This document shows, in pieces, positions 14,092 through 28,200 of a stretch of DNA of 64,000 bases. The DNA is taken from NCBI GenBank assembly GCA_964035545.1, contig OZ037771.1, positions 12,771,133 through 12,835,132 of the forward strand, written 5' to 3'. Source of the stretch: Bugula neritina (Eukaryota > Animalia > Bryozoa). Below the pieces are notes generated by a model. It did no database searches. It had not been told where the DNA came from and worked only from the letters and a program-made list of their open reading frames with translations. The first letter of the stretch is position 1. The number at the start of each line of letters is the position of its first letter. Both the position numbers and the translations under genes were made by a program.

Positions 14092-15917
14092 TAATATTCA
14101 ATATGGAGAGTATAAACTATGCTATTTTTAACTTTCAGTCATAGTCTCTTCTGCTACCATATGAAGAGGCATGATATGGAGAAACATGGAGAAGCATCTA
14201 AGATGAGATGTTCAAACAGGCGAGTATACGATAGTGTTTCCTACCATCTTGGAGAGCTGCCATTTAGGACAGGCTAGATTTGTTGAGTAATTTCGACTCG
14301 TTGGCAGTCATAACGGAACTGCTATCAATAATATTCAATATGGAGAGCATTAACTATGCTATTTGTTATTTTCAGTCATAGTGTCTTCTACTACCATATG
14401 AAGAGCCATAATATGGAGACACTCAGCCATGGAGAAGCATCTAAGATGAGATGTTCAAACAAGCAAGTATAGTATAGCGTCTTTACCATCCTGGAGAGCT
14501 GCCATTTAGGACAGGCTAGATTTGTTGAGTTATTTCAACTCGTAGGCAGTCATAACGGAGCTGCTATCAATAATATTCAATATGGAGAGTATTAACTATG
14601 CTATTTGTTATTTTCAGTCATAGTGTCTTTTACTACCATATGAAGAGCCATGATATGGAGACACTCAGCCATGGAGAAGCATCTAAGATGAGATGTTCAA
14701 ACAGGCAAGTATAGTATAGCGTCTTTACCATCCTGGAGAGCTGCGATTTAGGACAGGCTAGATTTGTTGAGTGATTTCAACTCGTTGGCAGTCATGACGG
14801 AACTGCTATATAATATTCATTATGGAGAGTATTAACTATGCTATTTGTTATTTTCAGTCATAGTGTCTTCTACTACCATATGAAGAGCCATGATATGGAG
14901 ACACTCAGCCATGGAAAAACATCTAAGATGAGGTCTTCAAACAGGTGAGTATATGATGGTTTCCTACCATCCTGGAGAGCTGCCATTTAGGACAGGCTAG
15001 ATTTGTTGAGTTATTTCAACTCGTTGGCAGTCATGACGGAACTGCTATATAATATTCAATATGGAGAGTATTAACTATGCTATTTGTTATTTTCAGTCAT
15101 AGTGTCTTCTGCTACCATATGAAGAGCCATGATATAGAGACACTCAGCCATGGAAAAACATCTAAGATGAGGTCTTCAAACAGGTGAGTTTATGATGGTT
15201 TCCTACCATCCTGGAGAGCTGCCATTTAGGACAGGCTAGATTTGTTGAGTTATTTCAACTCGTTGGCAGTCATGACGGAACTGCTATATAATATTCAATA
15301 TGGAGAGTATTAACTATGCTATTTGTTATTTTCAGTCATAGTGTCTTCTGCTACCATATGAAGAGCCATGATATAGAGACACTCAGCCATGGAAAAACAT
15401 CTAAGATGAGGTCTTCAAACAGGTAAGTATATGATGGTTTCCTACCATCCTGGAGAGCTGCCATTTAGGACAGGCTAGATTTGTTGAGTTATTTCAACTC
15501 GTTGGCAGTCATAACGGAACTGCTATCAATAATATTCATTATGGAGAGTATTAACTATGCTATTTGTTATTTTCAGTCATAGTGTCTTCTGCTACCATAT
15601 GAAGAGCCATGATATGGAGACACTCAGCCATGGAGAAGCATCTAAGATGAGATTTTCAAACAGGCGAGTATAGTATAGCGTCTTTACCATCTTGGAGAGC
15701 TGCCTTTTAAGACAGGCTAGATTTGTTGAGTAATTTCAACTGGGTGGCAGTTATAGCGGAACTGCTATCAATAATATTCAATATGGAGAGTGTTAACTAT
15801 GCTATTTGTTATTTTCAGTCATAGTGTTTTCTACTACCATATGAAGAGCCATGATATTGAGACACTCAGCCATGGAGAAGCATCTAAGATGAGATCTTCA
15901 AACAGGCGAGTATAGTA
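14092..15917. repeat. Tandem satellite, ~240-bp unit, ~7.6 copies
   Basis: The unit start TAATATTCA(A/T)TATGGAGAG occurs at 14092, 14329, 14571, 14811, 15050, 15289, 15530 and 15772. Units are highly similar over their whole length. Confidence 0.97.
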
Positions 15918-16448
15918 TTGATTGGGTTAGCTTCAGTACTTTCAAGAGCGTAGATGTATCTGGAGTCATTATACAGAAGCAAGCTAGCTGAGGTTTCAAA
16001 CTTTATGTAGGCCTTTACAACGGTATCTGTAATTTTAAATACGGCATTATAGTTGCATATCAGAGGTATATTGAGTGGTTTCACCGACTAGTAGATGTAT
16101 AGTGCTCGTAATAGTTGAAAAGTAATTTCAGTTTAAAAACTAACTATTATAATGCTAGAGTATTCAACTATAAGATACTGTTTAGAGTTAGTTTGTTAGT
16201 AATCGAGCTGCCTACACTGTACTTGTGTTAGCAACCTACTGTATAGGTAACTATTTAGTCTTTTAAAATTACAATTGACGTTATAAAATGTAGTTTAACC
16301 TCAAACAATTATAATACGTCAACATTATTTTGGTTATGCACACACCTATCTAAAGAGGATTTGTGGAATTTATGTTATGTGCTATTTTTCTATTGTCTGA
16401 AAATCCAACATGGAGAACTAACCAGAGATTATTCTGTTGATGATGTCA

Positions 16449-19400
16449 CTAGTTTAAATGTAAACTGTTGTAATCCCAATGATACTCCTCATCTCCATTT
16501 TCAAACTCTGCTTCTATTCGTTTTTCATTCTCCTGTCAATGAAATAGTTCAATAGTCTTCAAATTCAACAAATTATGGTGTTATTGACAATAAGGTTTTT
16601 GTATGATACAGGGCCATTTTAAATGTGAAAGGTTGGAAGGTTTATCATCGGTTTTTAGAAGTTATACAGTATAATACCTTATAAAATATAAAGAGCATTC
16701 AAAGAACAGCAATAGTGTAATGGTTTAATGATTTAATTGATTGACTCAAAACATGTGTACTATATAAATCATACCTCAAAAGATATTAGAGACCATTCGG
16801 CTGTTTTATCTGATGACTGTGTCGTCAAATCTGTTTCTCCGTCTGCCTTTGCAATTGATGATTCGGAGCTTGAGCTGTCAACCAGTATGCTTGACCCTGG
16901 CCATGACATTGATTCAGCATTTTTCAATTCTGGTGATAGGAGTTGAGCCTCTTTTACCTCTCTTGAAGCTTCTGTTCCTACTAGCTGGTAGTAGTTAGTT
17001 TCTTTTGTATGCCCTTTTACTTCTTCATACTCTTTTACCGTTTCCTTGCACATCAATGCAGCACTTTCAATCTCAGCCATAAATTTCATGGTCTCTTCTG
17101 GCCTAGGTTCATTCTGGACATCAATCAACTGCTTGATAGTGTTGCTTTCAAAATTGAAAGATGGAGTGCTGCCGTTTTTTATTGCAGAAGTTTCTCTTCT
17201 CACTAAATCTATACCATTCATGTTCACTGCCGATTTTGCACCAATTTCAGTAGCTCTAAATTTTTCATTCAACGTTTCTTTTTTTAATGGGAGCTTGTTT
17301 AACGTTTCCTGGACACTCTCAATGTTCTGAGGTGCAGCTTCATTACTTCTGGGTGCTTTTTTTGCGTTTCTTGCCAAGGCCCACATTAGCTGTATCAATT
17401 CTTTAGTTGAGTATTTTTTGCTCGACATCTGATCATTTTTTCGCACCCTTCCGGCTGACCTTGTTTCACCAATCGTTTTCAAAGCTTCGACCTTTTTTTC
17501 CTTTTGTGTGGCAATTTTTTTGAGCAATTGATTGTGTAAAGGTTGTTTCTTGAAGGAGTTGGCAATGATTCCTTTCATCCGATGGCTAATTGGAATTTTA
17601 CTGGATGATTTGATTTTTTGCTTTTCTTTCGGCTGCTTTCGAATGGCACTGATGGGTGTTATCTGGTCTGGTATTTGGCTTGGAACAACCTTGACAGGGA
17701 GAGTTTTTTGATGTGGAACTTCAGTTGAGTCAATACGCCTGGTGTTTGTGACTGGGGCATGGTTTTTTGTTTTTTCTTTTCGGAGAAGTTGATTCTTAGC
17801 TGTGTTGTTCCTCTTTTCTACTTTCCTGTCCTGCACGCTGGCCTTCTCTTCATTAGCAGCTAAAATAAGTACATGTACATAAGCTGTTTAATGCATCCTG
17901 TAAATATTACATCGAGTTATGATGTAATATCAAATTGCAAATATTTAGTTTTTCCTCATAGAATGCCAAAAATTCAAAATATTATACTGCTTTGCAAAAC
18001 TTTAGTTGAAAATTTTGCTCACCTGATAAACTAATGTTGGTTGCTGCTTTATTAGCAACGTCTGCCAACGCCAGGTTCTTGCTTCCTCTACATTTATTTT
18101 TGTAATGTTTTAGTAGGGCTGTTGCAATCAGAACGGCCGAAATGCATATGGCAATGGCCCATTTCCATGAAAGACCTCTATGAAACAGATAATTAGAGCA
18201 CAAATGCAATAAGTTTTATTTATTCAACATGTTAAACCTGATAATCTTTTGGGTTTCCAGCAAGTGATGACAGTCAAAAAGTACTGTTAGTTTTATTATG
18301 CATGTGATTTTTCGAAGACAGCATATGATCGTGCGTGACTTTAGGAATTTCATTTTTAAAATAATTGCTTTTGCCCTCAACACGTTTTTTTACATCATTG
18401 CATAAAAGCATTGAGAGAAAACATTTTATTTCCTCTTGATTATATGCTATTTGTTTACCCAAGCGGTAAGTGCAGTTGAAGGATCGCGTTGAGTCTTGAA
18501 TAAGGGGTGGTCTCCTTATAGTACGGACCCTCACTGCTTCTCTGCACTAACTTGAGGAATTTGCTCCAATAAACTAAATTATAATCAATAAATGTGTTTA
18601 GAAATGTAAAGAATGTGCATGTTAAGCTAAATAAACTTTTTAGTTTGGTTTTGAGTGATGGCTATAAATTCTTGAAGGTTTTAAAGCATTATAAAATAAT
18701 TCATGCAGGTGTTGTACTCTAGTATTCAATTGAGTTTGATTTGAAAATTGAATTTAATGAATTGTTTTTGAAATGGGGTATGTGCAGTTCAATGATCAAA
18801 AATTGAGATTATGACTGGATTGCTGCCAAAATTTCCAGTGTGAGTATAGAAAAAAATGTCTTAAAGCAAATGCATAAATTTATAAAAACATTAAGCTTCT
18901 GTAATTAGTGCAGGAGCACATCTGCAAACATTTTTAAACTTGGCTGAAGCAACAGAAAGTCAATAGAGCAGCATGTTACCTTCCAGGTTTGTTGGCACCC
19001 TTGGTGGCTCAACGGGGTAACTACAACAGGTTTATTGCTAGTATAAGTTAAATATTTTTGCTGTACCAATGAATTATGTTACTTTATGTCTTCTACAAGT
19101 TCCTTTAGAACAAATAGAAGTTAAATAACGTCATTTTTTAAAAATATGGTATCAATAGTTTTAGGAAACTTGAATTACGCTACTTACAAGTATCCAAGAA
19201 AGATTTGGAACTTCGTCTTGGGTTTTTGGTGGTTGAAACAGGTTCCTAAAACGAAAATTGGTTCAGTTGTCACCATAATAAAAACAGATGCCTCTGAATT
19301 ACATATTTTTAGTTTACATTTATTTTATATACAGTCTAATAATATCAAACCAAAGCCATTATCTTTATAATGCCTCGTTTAAAACATTTTACCTGCTATT

Positions 19401-19630
19401 AAAGCATAATTCAACATTTGTCTATGAACTATTATATTATATGCAAGTGTATTTCGTAATATAATAATAAAATAGACATCATTAGAATGATTAAAAAGTG
19501 CATGCACATATATGCATATTTAGTGTAGAGTAAAGAATAGTCAGAATGAGAATTAGTACCTACCAAGCTCATTCATTGCCACCATGTTTGTGATTATACA
19601 ATACAACTTTGTGAACAGGAGAGAGTTCAT
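16449..19630 (-). CDS. Uncharacterised single-pass membrane protein with a long Lys/Ser-rich, probably disordered C-terminal region (multi-exon)
   Basis: Phase-consistent 3' exons: 18177-18023 (TM: WKWAIAICISAVLIATALL then KHYKNK), 17859-16775 and 16532-16449 (ENEKRIEAEF...LHLN*). Upstream exons near 18.5, 19.0, 19.2 and 19.6 kb are plausible, but their boundaries and the ATG (19630) are uncertain. Confidence 0.65.
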
Positions 19631-20164
19631 TTTTGCATCTGTCTGTCACTATAAGATGCAAATAAATGCCTGCTAATTGACAGATATAAAACTTTCAAGT
19701 ATTTATTAGGAATTTTGAAGCCATTCATCACAATTGGTTGCTTGGCAATAATTATTATGATGTAATTCTCTTTTATAATAAATAAAATTTAAAGAATTCT
19801 ATTGAAAATATTTCAAATTTCAAAATAATATATGATATATATATTTTTTGAAATATATACAATTTGATTGAAACATTTTATTGCTGATAGTTTCATGTCC
19901 TCAACACTCTATCAGCACAAAGAATGTAATAAAAGTACATACTAAATATACAAAGCTACACAATAAAAGTTATAAAGCCAATGGATTGAAATGTATATAT
20001 AAATATGCCTGCATGTTACAATTTCATTGCTGTGTAATGACGAGCACTGTGGCTTGCAGATGATAAAATAGTTCTCTATAGTATGCACAGTCTCTACTGC
20101 ACAGTATACCTACTATTAGTATGCACAGTCTGCAGAGTGATTATTCTTTGTTACATGCATGCGC

Positions 20165-20895
20165 TAGTATTTTCCATTTATTTTTGGAGCTAGCTGTGTG
20201 GTTGTTAAAATCAGCTTTTAAACTAGTTTTCTGTTTATCCAACATAATATGTTTCTGCTGCCGAATTGCTATTGCTGGTGGTCGTTACTTGGTAGATTAG
20301 GGGTAGAGGTTTTTTGCAGCTTTGGCTGCTCAGTGGACCATTTTTTAAACCTGCAGTTACATGGTTTAGATATGTTGCTATGTTTTTCTTCGAGCAGCAC
20401 TTTCTTATTATGGCCATTAATAATACATAGTATATTTGGTGTTTTGGTGTTAAAAATGTTATAGTTATGGTTGCGAGGAACTCCTCTCAGACAATCTTGA
20501 GGAACTTTTCTTATGTTGTTGGTTACATTTTTACTAAGAGGAGGTTGAACCATGTTACTTTCCTCCTTTTGATATGAGTGCTTCTAGATAGATGGTTGTA
20601 TTGTTGGATGTAGTAGATTCGGATTAGATAAATGAGGTTTATAAATTCTGGGATATTTCAGAGAGTTGATGATGGATGATTTGATTTTGCATGCACGCAT
20701 GTGGAAATGCTGTTTGATTAGTATATTTCGTTGGGGAGATTGAGGTGATACTTTAAAAGATAACAGTTTTCTTATTTGCCTCAATTGTTATTCCTAAGTC
20801 ATGTTGTTTAAAAGACGTTACTTGTGTCTTTCTTTGTAACTTCGGTGGTTTTAGCTGTAGCTTTTAAAATGGCTAAGCCATCCCCTCGGTAAAAC
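20165..20895 (-). mobile_element. Penelope-like element fragment (RT C-terminus/linker and GIY-YIG start), frameshifted
   Basis: Across frames it reads (W)FNPP.SKNVTNN, GHNKKVL, KPCNCR and IYQVTTT..AAETYYVG, typical of the Penelope linker and GIY-YIG region. Confidence 0.8.
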
Positions 20896-22240
20896 ACATA
20901 TATATGCATTTTCTGTAATTTCCCACTGCTTGATTATTCTAGACTTTGACACTTACAGATTAAATCCCTTGTATATTTCAGACTCTTACATCATGAGTTG
21001 AAAAATAAACTGCCCTTTAATTTTTTTTTATATGCAAAAACTATGTGATTGGTTGAAACATTACAGTGTTACTAGAATATTGTTTGATATATAATATTGT
21101 CTATGTCATAGGTGGAAAGAACTATGCCGAGTCTTTGTACATCCGATATATGCAAGGTGTACCACCTCAGATGCAGATTTGTTGATATTCAGAAGTTCAT
21201 AGCATCTGGCTAGCACCTCTGCCAAGCTCATTATTAGTTGCTACACTTGGTTTATAGTACATAACGTAAAATATTTATCCCAAGTTTTGCACTTTTGAAG
21301 TTGAAAGGATAGGATCTCAAATTGAATAAGCATCAATTTTGACTCTGTGTATGATTGTAGTTCTGTTGCTGTATAATTATTTAGTTGATTCAATCTGAAC
21401 AGTTGTGAGTAATTCTATCCTTTTTAAAATCTTTTTCAATTTTACTTTACTTGAGTTTCGTAAACTAGATTAAAGTTTTATATAGAAATTTCATGTTTTT
21501 AATAATATATTTTTATCACTTGAAATTTTCTAATTTATTGTTATTTTTAATAAAGTTTGTTAGAATCCCCATTAATAACTTCAATTTATTGGGTTTTGGA
21601 AGTTGTTTCAAGCAATTTTATTGTGTATGTCTGTTGTGGAGCTTAGGAGACTAAATTCTTACTGCTACAGTTTCAGTTATAAGTTCTATTTTCAATGACC
21701 ATTATGCTTGTAATCTTATAATTAGAATACTTCTATTAAGAAAATAAAGTTCTTTTAGTTGTTTTGTTGAATATGTCCAAAGGTTTATTTGCTTTCACTA
21801 AGATGTGCTGTTTATAATAACACAGTGGAATAGCAAGTAGTGAACTTTACACACGGGCGCTCGCGCACACACACACACCAAAAAGCTGAACCACGAGTCT
21901 AAAATTAAATTAATAATATTGAAGTTCAAAAACCTTAATTGGCAAAACTGTGAAGCACAACACATTTTTGCAAGATTTAAAAATAATTTATAATAGCAAA
22001 GAAATAAGATTTTAACCTGCAAGAGATGTGCATTATTAGATATTGTGTTAGTACACTTTAAGCAATGTTGGTAACTTAATTATTGTAAGCATGCACACAC
22101 GCGCACACAATACGTATAACACACATACATATAATATGTATATATATATTTGATTAAGATCGTTGTATATTAGCTGTGTTGCAGGCATCCAAAGGTACTG
22201 TGCGATCAGTTTGCTTTGTAGGTTCTGTTACATTTTGGAG

Positions 22241-25200
22241 TTATGCTCCGCCTTTTTTCGCAGCATCCTTTTCCGGATCTTTGTTCATGACAGCATCTAC
22301 CTGCTGTATCACGTCAGTTTGATTATAAATGAAGTCAACAAACAGCTGCTGGGCAACTAAATTGTCTACTCCATATTTCTTCTCCGCCACCTCGAAGAGT
22401 AAGGCAATATCTTGTTTGACTTTGTCTGTTTTAGCTGTAAATATCATATAGTCTTCCATGACTGTATGTTCAATAAATGTGCAATATATTCAATAAATGA
22501 GCAAGATATTCACTAAGTTCATGTGCCATGTATTCAATTAATAGGCAATATAGCCAATAAGTGTACAAGATATAGTTATTATGGGCAATATATATCATTT
22601 CTATAATTAGTTGCTTTAATTTACAATACATGTATAATATATGTCGTGGTCTAGGGGTTAGAGCGTTTGCCTAGTAAACAAGAGGTCATGGGTTCGAACC
22701 TGCTCAAAGGCCATTGATGATGTAAGGAAGAGCATCCAGTCATAATTGCTCCTGTGCCTCATTTAAATAAGTCCTTAGCCCACTTAAGCAAAAACCCATT
22801 CCATCAGGGGTTTCTCACATGGATAGCGACTATAAACCACTGTGAGTTATAATATATGCCAACTCTCACCGTATTTCCTATCTCTTTCCCGGAGCTTAGT
22901 CAAGCACATACAACAGGAGGTGAAGAAGAATATAACTGCCGTGGCTACAGCCAATGAGATGCCAACTGCTGACTTCTGATTCCCTATTGGCTCTTGTTCA
23001 CAATTCTTACCCAACCACTTTCCTTGACAGTAGCATTTGTACCTGCATTCAATGTATATAGTAGACTTTAGAGTACTATGTATCTCACACACTGCATTAT
23101 GCGAATGAATGCTCGTATGTGTGAATTTGTGGTTGCATGTTTTCATGAACTTATATTGGTGGTTTCATTCGATGCAACTATTTCCAAAGATTGAATGAAA
23201 AATCTATTCGCAGCATAATTCGAAGCTTGGAAAGGTAGTGCTGGCAAAACCAATTATAGCCAATCACCTCAGCTTTTCTCTTTTATTTTAAGTTAAAAGG
23301 AGACAATTATTAAATAGTTATTTGGAACAAAACATACTTTGCATGTTTAAGATTTATTTTCTACATTTGCCTCTATTTTATTTCACACGATTTAAAAACT
23401 CTAGCAGATTTATAATAATGAATTATTTGGCATACCATTGTTTACCATAATTATATATTGAGAAAACTAAGCAAAGTATAAGCACAGAATAAAACGTGCA
23501 GGTAAACAGTTACCCGGTTTTTGTTAACAAACAAGTTCCGCCATTTTGGCATGGCTCGTCATCGCAGATGTTGTAAGTGTCTCCGCATTCTGGACCAAAG
23601 AATCCATCCCGACCTGTTGAAACACATATTACTCTAACAACATCACTTTGATAATTCAGTGTTGAAGCCAATTGCTTTGATGTAAAGTGGTTGCGCAGCA
23701 AAAACACAAAATATAGTATAGTCATACCTTGGCTCGCTAATAAGAGAGAAGCCGTGGTCTAGGGGTTAAAGCGTTTGCTCTGTGAACGCGAAGTCATGGG
23801 TTCAAACCCCGACAAAGGCCATTGGGGATGTTAGGAAGGGCATCCAGTCATAATTGCTCTTGTGCCTCATTTAAATAAGTCCTTAGCCCGCTTTAACAAA
23901 AACCCTTTCCATCAGGAGTTTCTCACAAGGATAGTGACTCTAAACTTATGTGAGTTTTACCCGCTACCCAAACAAGACAAAGCGGAGATAGGTGAGAAAA
24001 GAATACCCTGGCTCGCTAATCGAGTCTTAATTCCCATATTTCATTAGCTGCAATATATGCAACCTTTTAATTATTGCCCCTACAAAGACAAAGGGTGTCA
24101 TTAAGCTGCTAACTAGAAAAATGTCCTATTATCTTTATAGTTGCTTACTGTCACAGTCTATTGGTTATTTAGCACTGAGCAATTTACCAGCTTATTTAAA
24201 TCTACACTTTATTACTTACTAGTTAGTTATTATCTAACTCTACCTCTATGTACTGTACACTCTCTCACTTACTATTTAGTTATTATCTCACCCTACCTCT
24301 ATGTACTGTACACTCTCTCACTTACTATTTAGTTATTATCTCATCCTACCTCTACGTACTGTCTCACTTACACAGGCAAATATGATAGAATCTCTGGTCA
24401 ATGCATACTCCTCCGTTTTGACATTCATGTTCAAGGCATTCGTTTACGTCATACTCGCATTTTGGCCCTGTAACATTATGTATTTGTGAAACATTTCATG
24501 GCTCAGGTTTGTGAGATATTTCCTTTGTAAGGCATTATACTGAAGCCCCTTTTCAAACTATGCAAATTGTTAGCATTTAGAATACTGCTAAAATTTTAAT
24601 GATTTACTTTAAGCTATTTCTAAATAAATTGTGTACAAAATTACGATTTGATTAATAAGAAACTGCGTTTCCATTGCTTCTTATTGTGCAAATGGAACCT
24701 TTATTCAATGTTTGGGAACAGTTGCGTTAAATAAAACCAAAACTTAATGGGAATGAACGAGCCTCTGTGCGAATCAATTGAAGCAACGGGAACAAAGTGA
24801 TTGACAACCTTATTGGTTAATAACAGCATATTGGGTAGGTATTTACTGCTGAACTAAGATTTACTTTGCAGTATGCCAAACTTCTGGCACTTTATTTGCT
24901 GCACTTCCTATATCCGATATTCTAAGCTGCCTGTCTGTGACAAAGTCTAACTCAGCAGTATTCTGGTTGTTAAAACTGCCAACTCCTAAGTGAGTAATTT
25001 CAGCTAGCCAATATTGTTCAGTAAAATGGTATGTAAAGCACATGCCTGCAGATGATATGCAGGTGCAAGAGTTTTTCCCATCTGTGCTACAATTCCCATG
25101 AACACAGTAGTCTCCGCTGGCCACCACCTCCGATGTTTTTGGTGGTATAATCCAAAGATTACCAGCTACTTCCTTTGGTGATAGAGAACACGCTGTTAGC

Positions 25201-28200
25201 TCACACCTAGGGATTGCATAGAGGAGTTGATAATACAACTGTCTCTCTATCTACCTGTCATTCTATCTATCTCTCTATCCATTTATTTATCTATCTCTCT
25301 ATTTATCTATCTATCTATCTATCTATTTATCTATCTATCAATCTATCTATCTATCTGTCTATCTGTCTATCTGTCTATCTGTCTATCTGTCTATCTGTCT
25401 ATCTGTCTATCTGTCTATCTGTCTATCTGTCTATTTATCTATCTAACTGTTTATATTTCTATCTATCTATTTATCTATCTGTTTGTCTGTCTTTCTTTCT
25501 ATCTTTCTCCCGTTCTTTCTGAGTAATAAATACAATAATAAATATAGCTGTTGATTTACCTCTCACCAAAATGTGGAACTCTGCATGTACACTTAAACCC
25601 AGCTCCATCACTGTTGCCCTGAGAGGTTTCACACGTGCCTTTATTTAAGCAAGGTTGCAACTGACACATGTCATTCGGTACGCAGAACTTTTGACGGACG
25701 TCATCAGGAAGAGTCAAGTTTGCTTGACAAATCACTGTTCTAGAAACATTAATTGTACAAACTAAATATGCATGCTCTGATTGGATAACCGCGTATTTCC
25801 ATGTGTTCTGATTGGCTAGTTATATGTTTCCATGTGCTCTGATTGGTTAATTGTGTAGGAAATTTGTCTTATAAAATCTAAATCAACAACATTGGATTCA
25901 GTAACATTCTTACAAAAGTAAAAACCTTAGTGCTCAGTTGTTGAAATCTAATGATGCAAATGCTTTGGCATTGTTACTTTGCTGTGTATATAATATTGCG
26001 AAGTATTTCCGCAATGATAGAATAAATGTATTATTTATAAAATAATTATGATAATAATGTCAAAATACAAACAAGTGAATGCAGTACATTGTACAGTCAA
26101 ACAACAACTGATGAGCTTGTGATGGTGATGCACACATATTGGTTAGTCATGGTACCATTCTGAATGACACCACATAACATTGTAGTAATACCACACACAT
26201 ATTGGCTAGTTATGGTGCCATACTAAATGACACATATGACAGGCATATAATGTATAATATGAAAATCTTCAAGTTAAATTTCAGCTCGTATATAGTACCC
26301 CTAGAACAGGCCTATATGCAGAGATCCTTTTGCAATTTAATCAGTTCATGATGTAATTGAATCAAATGACTTCTTCAGTCTTCAGGTTCCCTGACCTCTC
26401 AACTCCCTCAGAGTACTAGCTATTACTACACTTCATTAAAGACTGAAGTAGCTTGTAAAACTTTTGCCCCCTTATGGGATTCGAACCCGAGACCTCCAGC
26501 TTGCAAGCAGGTGTGCTAACCAATTACCCCACAGGAACTACTGAGCAATATCATCACTACAGTAATAAATATATTGATTTCTTATATCACAAAGAATAAC
26601 TAACGTTGAGTTGGCTGTTTGGTCATTTCTCCTTATTTGGAAATAATGCATGGAGCATTGAAACTTCACCGCATCAAATGGGTAAACTGGAGTTCTGCCA
26701 AGGTCGTCTTCTACAGATAATATGCAGCAGTGTTGATACAAACATTACATTTCTACCACATTATATTAGAACTAGTTAAACATATTAGGTGATTTGTATT
26801 TTATATTAGAGACTAGTAAGTTAGGTGTAATATATATCTTAGATATTAATCAAGTACATCAGCATATTTTTCTTGTTAAATTATATTATGCTATATTATA
26901 TTATATTACGTATCGTATCATATTATATCATATTATGTTATGCTGTATCATATTATATTATATCATATTATATTATATCATGTTATATTATACCATTTTA
27001 TATTACATTATGTTTGATGCATAATATATGGTTTAGCTTTGTGTAATAAGTGTGTTATGGAATCTAGATTATGTGGGCAAAAGGAGAGTTTGCAGTCCAG
27101 TTTTCTAGGTTAAAGTATTAAATGGAGTGGTATTGCTATATAAATTTATACGCAAATAAAATTAATATAAATAAATGTCCCGTTTAAAAAGCATGCTTCT
27201 GTGTAGGTATAAAATCCCAATAGATGGATCAGCTACTCATGGTAAACAGATAGTCTTGATTGCAAGTGAATTGAAATAGTGTCTATTTGGTTGCCAAACG
27301 ATATTAATTACAAAAGTTTAAAAATCATATTTATGCTTTTTATTGACTTTAGAGCCTCCAGATTGTTTATATAAGCAAGACTGGCCAGCTTGTTCAATCT
27401 ATTTACAGTAAACTAAAGCAAAATGACTTTTTTTATTCATTGGGAGTCATTACTTCGAGAATTTCCAGCTATACCTTGATATCCGTGTACTAACCGGTGA
27501 TTATCCCCCTTGGATGTGTGGTGTTGTACTCAATTGGTGTGAGTTCTGAAGGTTGTAGCTTAGCAAACATAATACTGCCAATGCTCCTTCTGATTGGCCG
27601 ATACACCTTAGCAACAGGGTCCAGTCCCCTAGCCTCCCCAACAAACCTGTTATACTAAGGAGAAATGAGTTATAAAATACAAATTGCTCAACACTAGCGA
27701 TTATAATTTCTTATGCTTATAAATATAATAGCAAGCAGCAAGTCTTTTAAAGAATGACAGCAAATTTTTAAGTGGTAGAGTATGAAAAGTTTTTTCTTCT
27801 GAATTGAAATACAAGAATTCTCACCCAGAATGGAGAAAGAAGCTGAGAATGTGGACACGTAGTCTTTCTACTCAGGTTGACTACACAGAGAACCATGGAA
27901 ATGGTGGCTGTCTAAATAAGGTCAGTACAAACTAGGTCATGCAATGACTTTATGGGGTCATCAGTCAGCAGCTAGTATGCAGCAGTTACTGCCTGCCTTT
28001 GAAATCTTAACAAGAGAGCAGCAGTGGTCTAGGGGTTAGAGCGTCTGCCTAGTGAACACGAAGTCATGGGTTCGATCCCAAACAAAGGTCATCGGTGATG
28101 TTAGGAAGAACATCCAGTCATAATTGCTCCTGTTCCTCATCTAAATAAGTCCTTGGCTTGTTTTAAAATTCTTTCCATCAGGAGTTTCTCAAAAAAATAG

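Noticed and set aside
14092-15917. CRISPR-like array
   Set aside because: Units are similar along their whole length with no unique spacers, there are no cas genes, and the context is eukaryotic.
22644-22715. Functional tRNA genes at the SINE heads and at 26466
   Set aside because: The stems are broken; the SINE heads are also followed by a shared SINE body and mostly flanked by TSDs.
26350-26400. Hammerhead in the tail of the tRNA-Ala-like element (CTGAAGA on the minus strand); also CTGATGA at 26109 and 54043
   Set aside because: There is no properly placed GAAA and no supporting stems.
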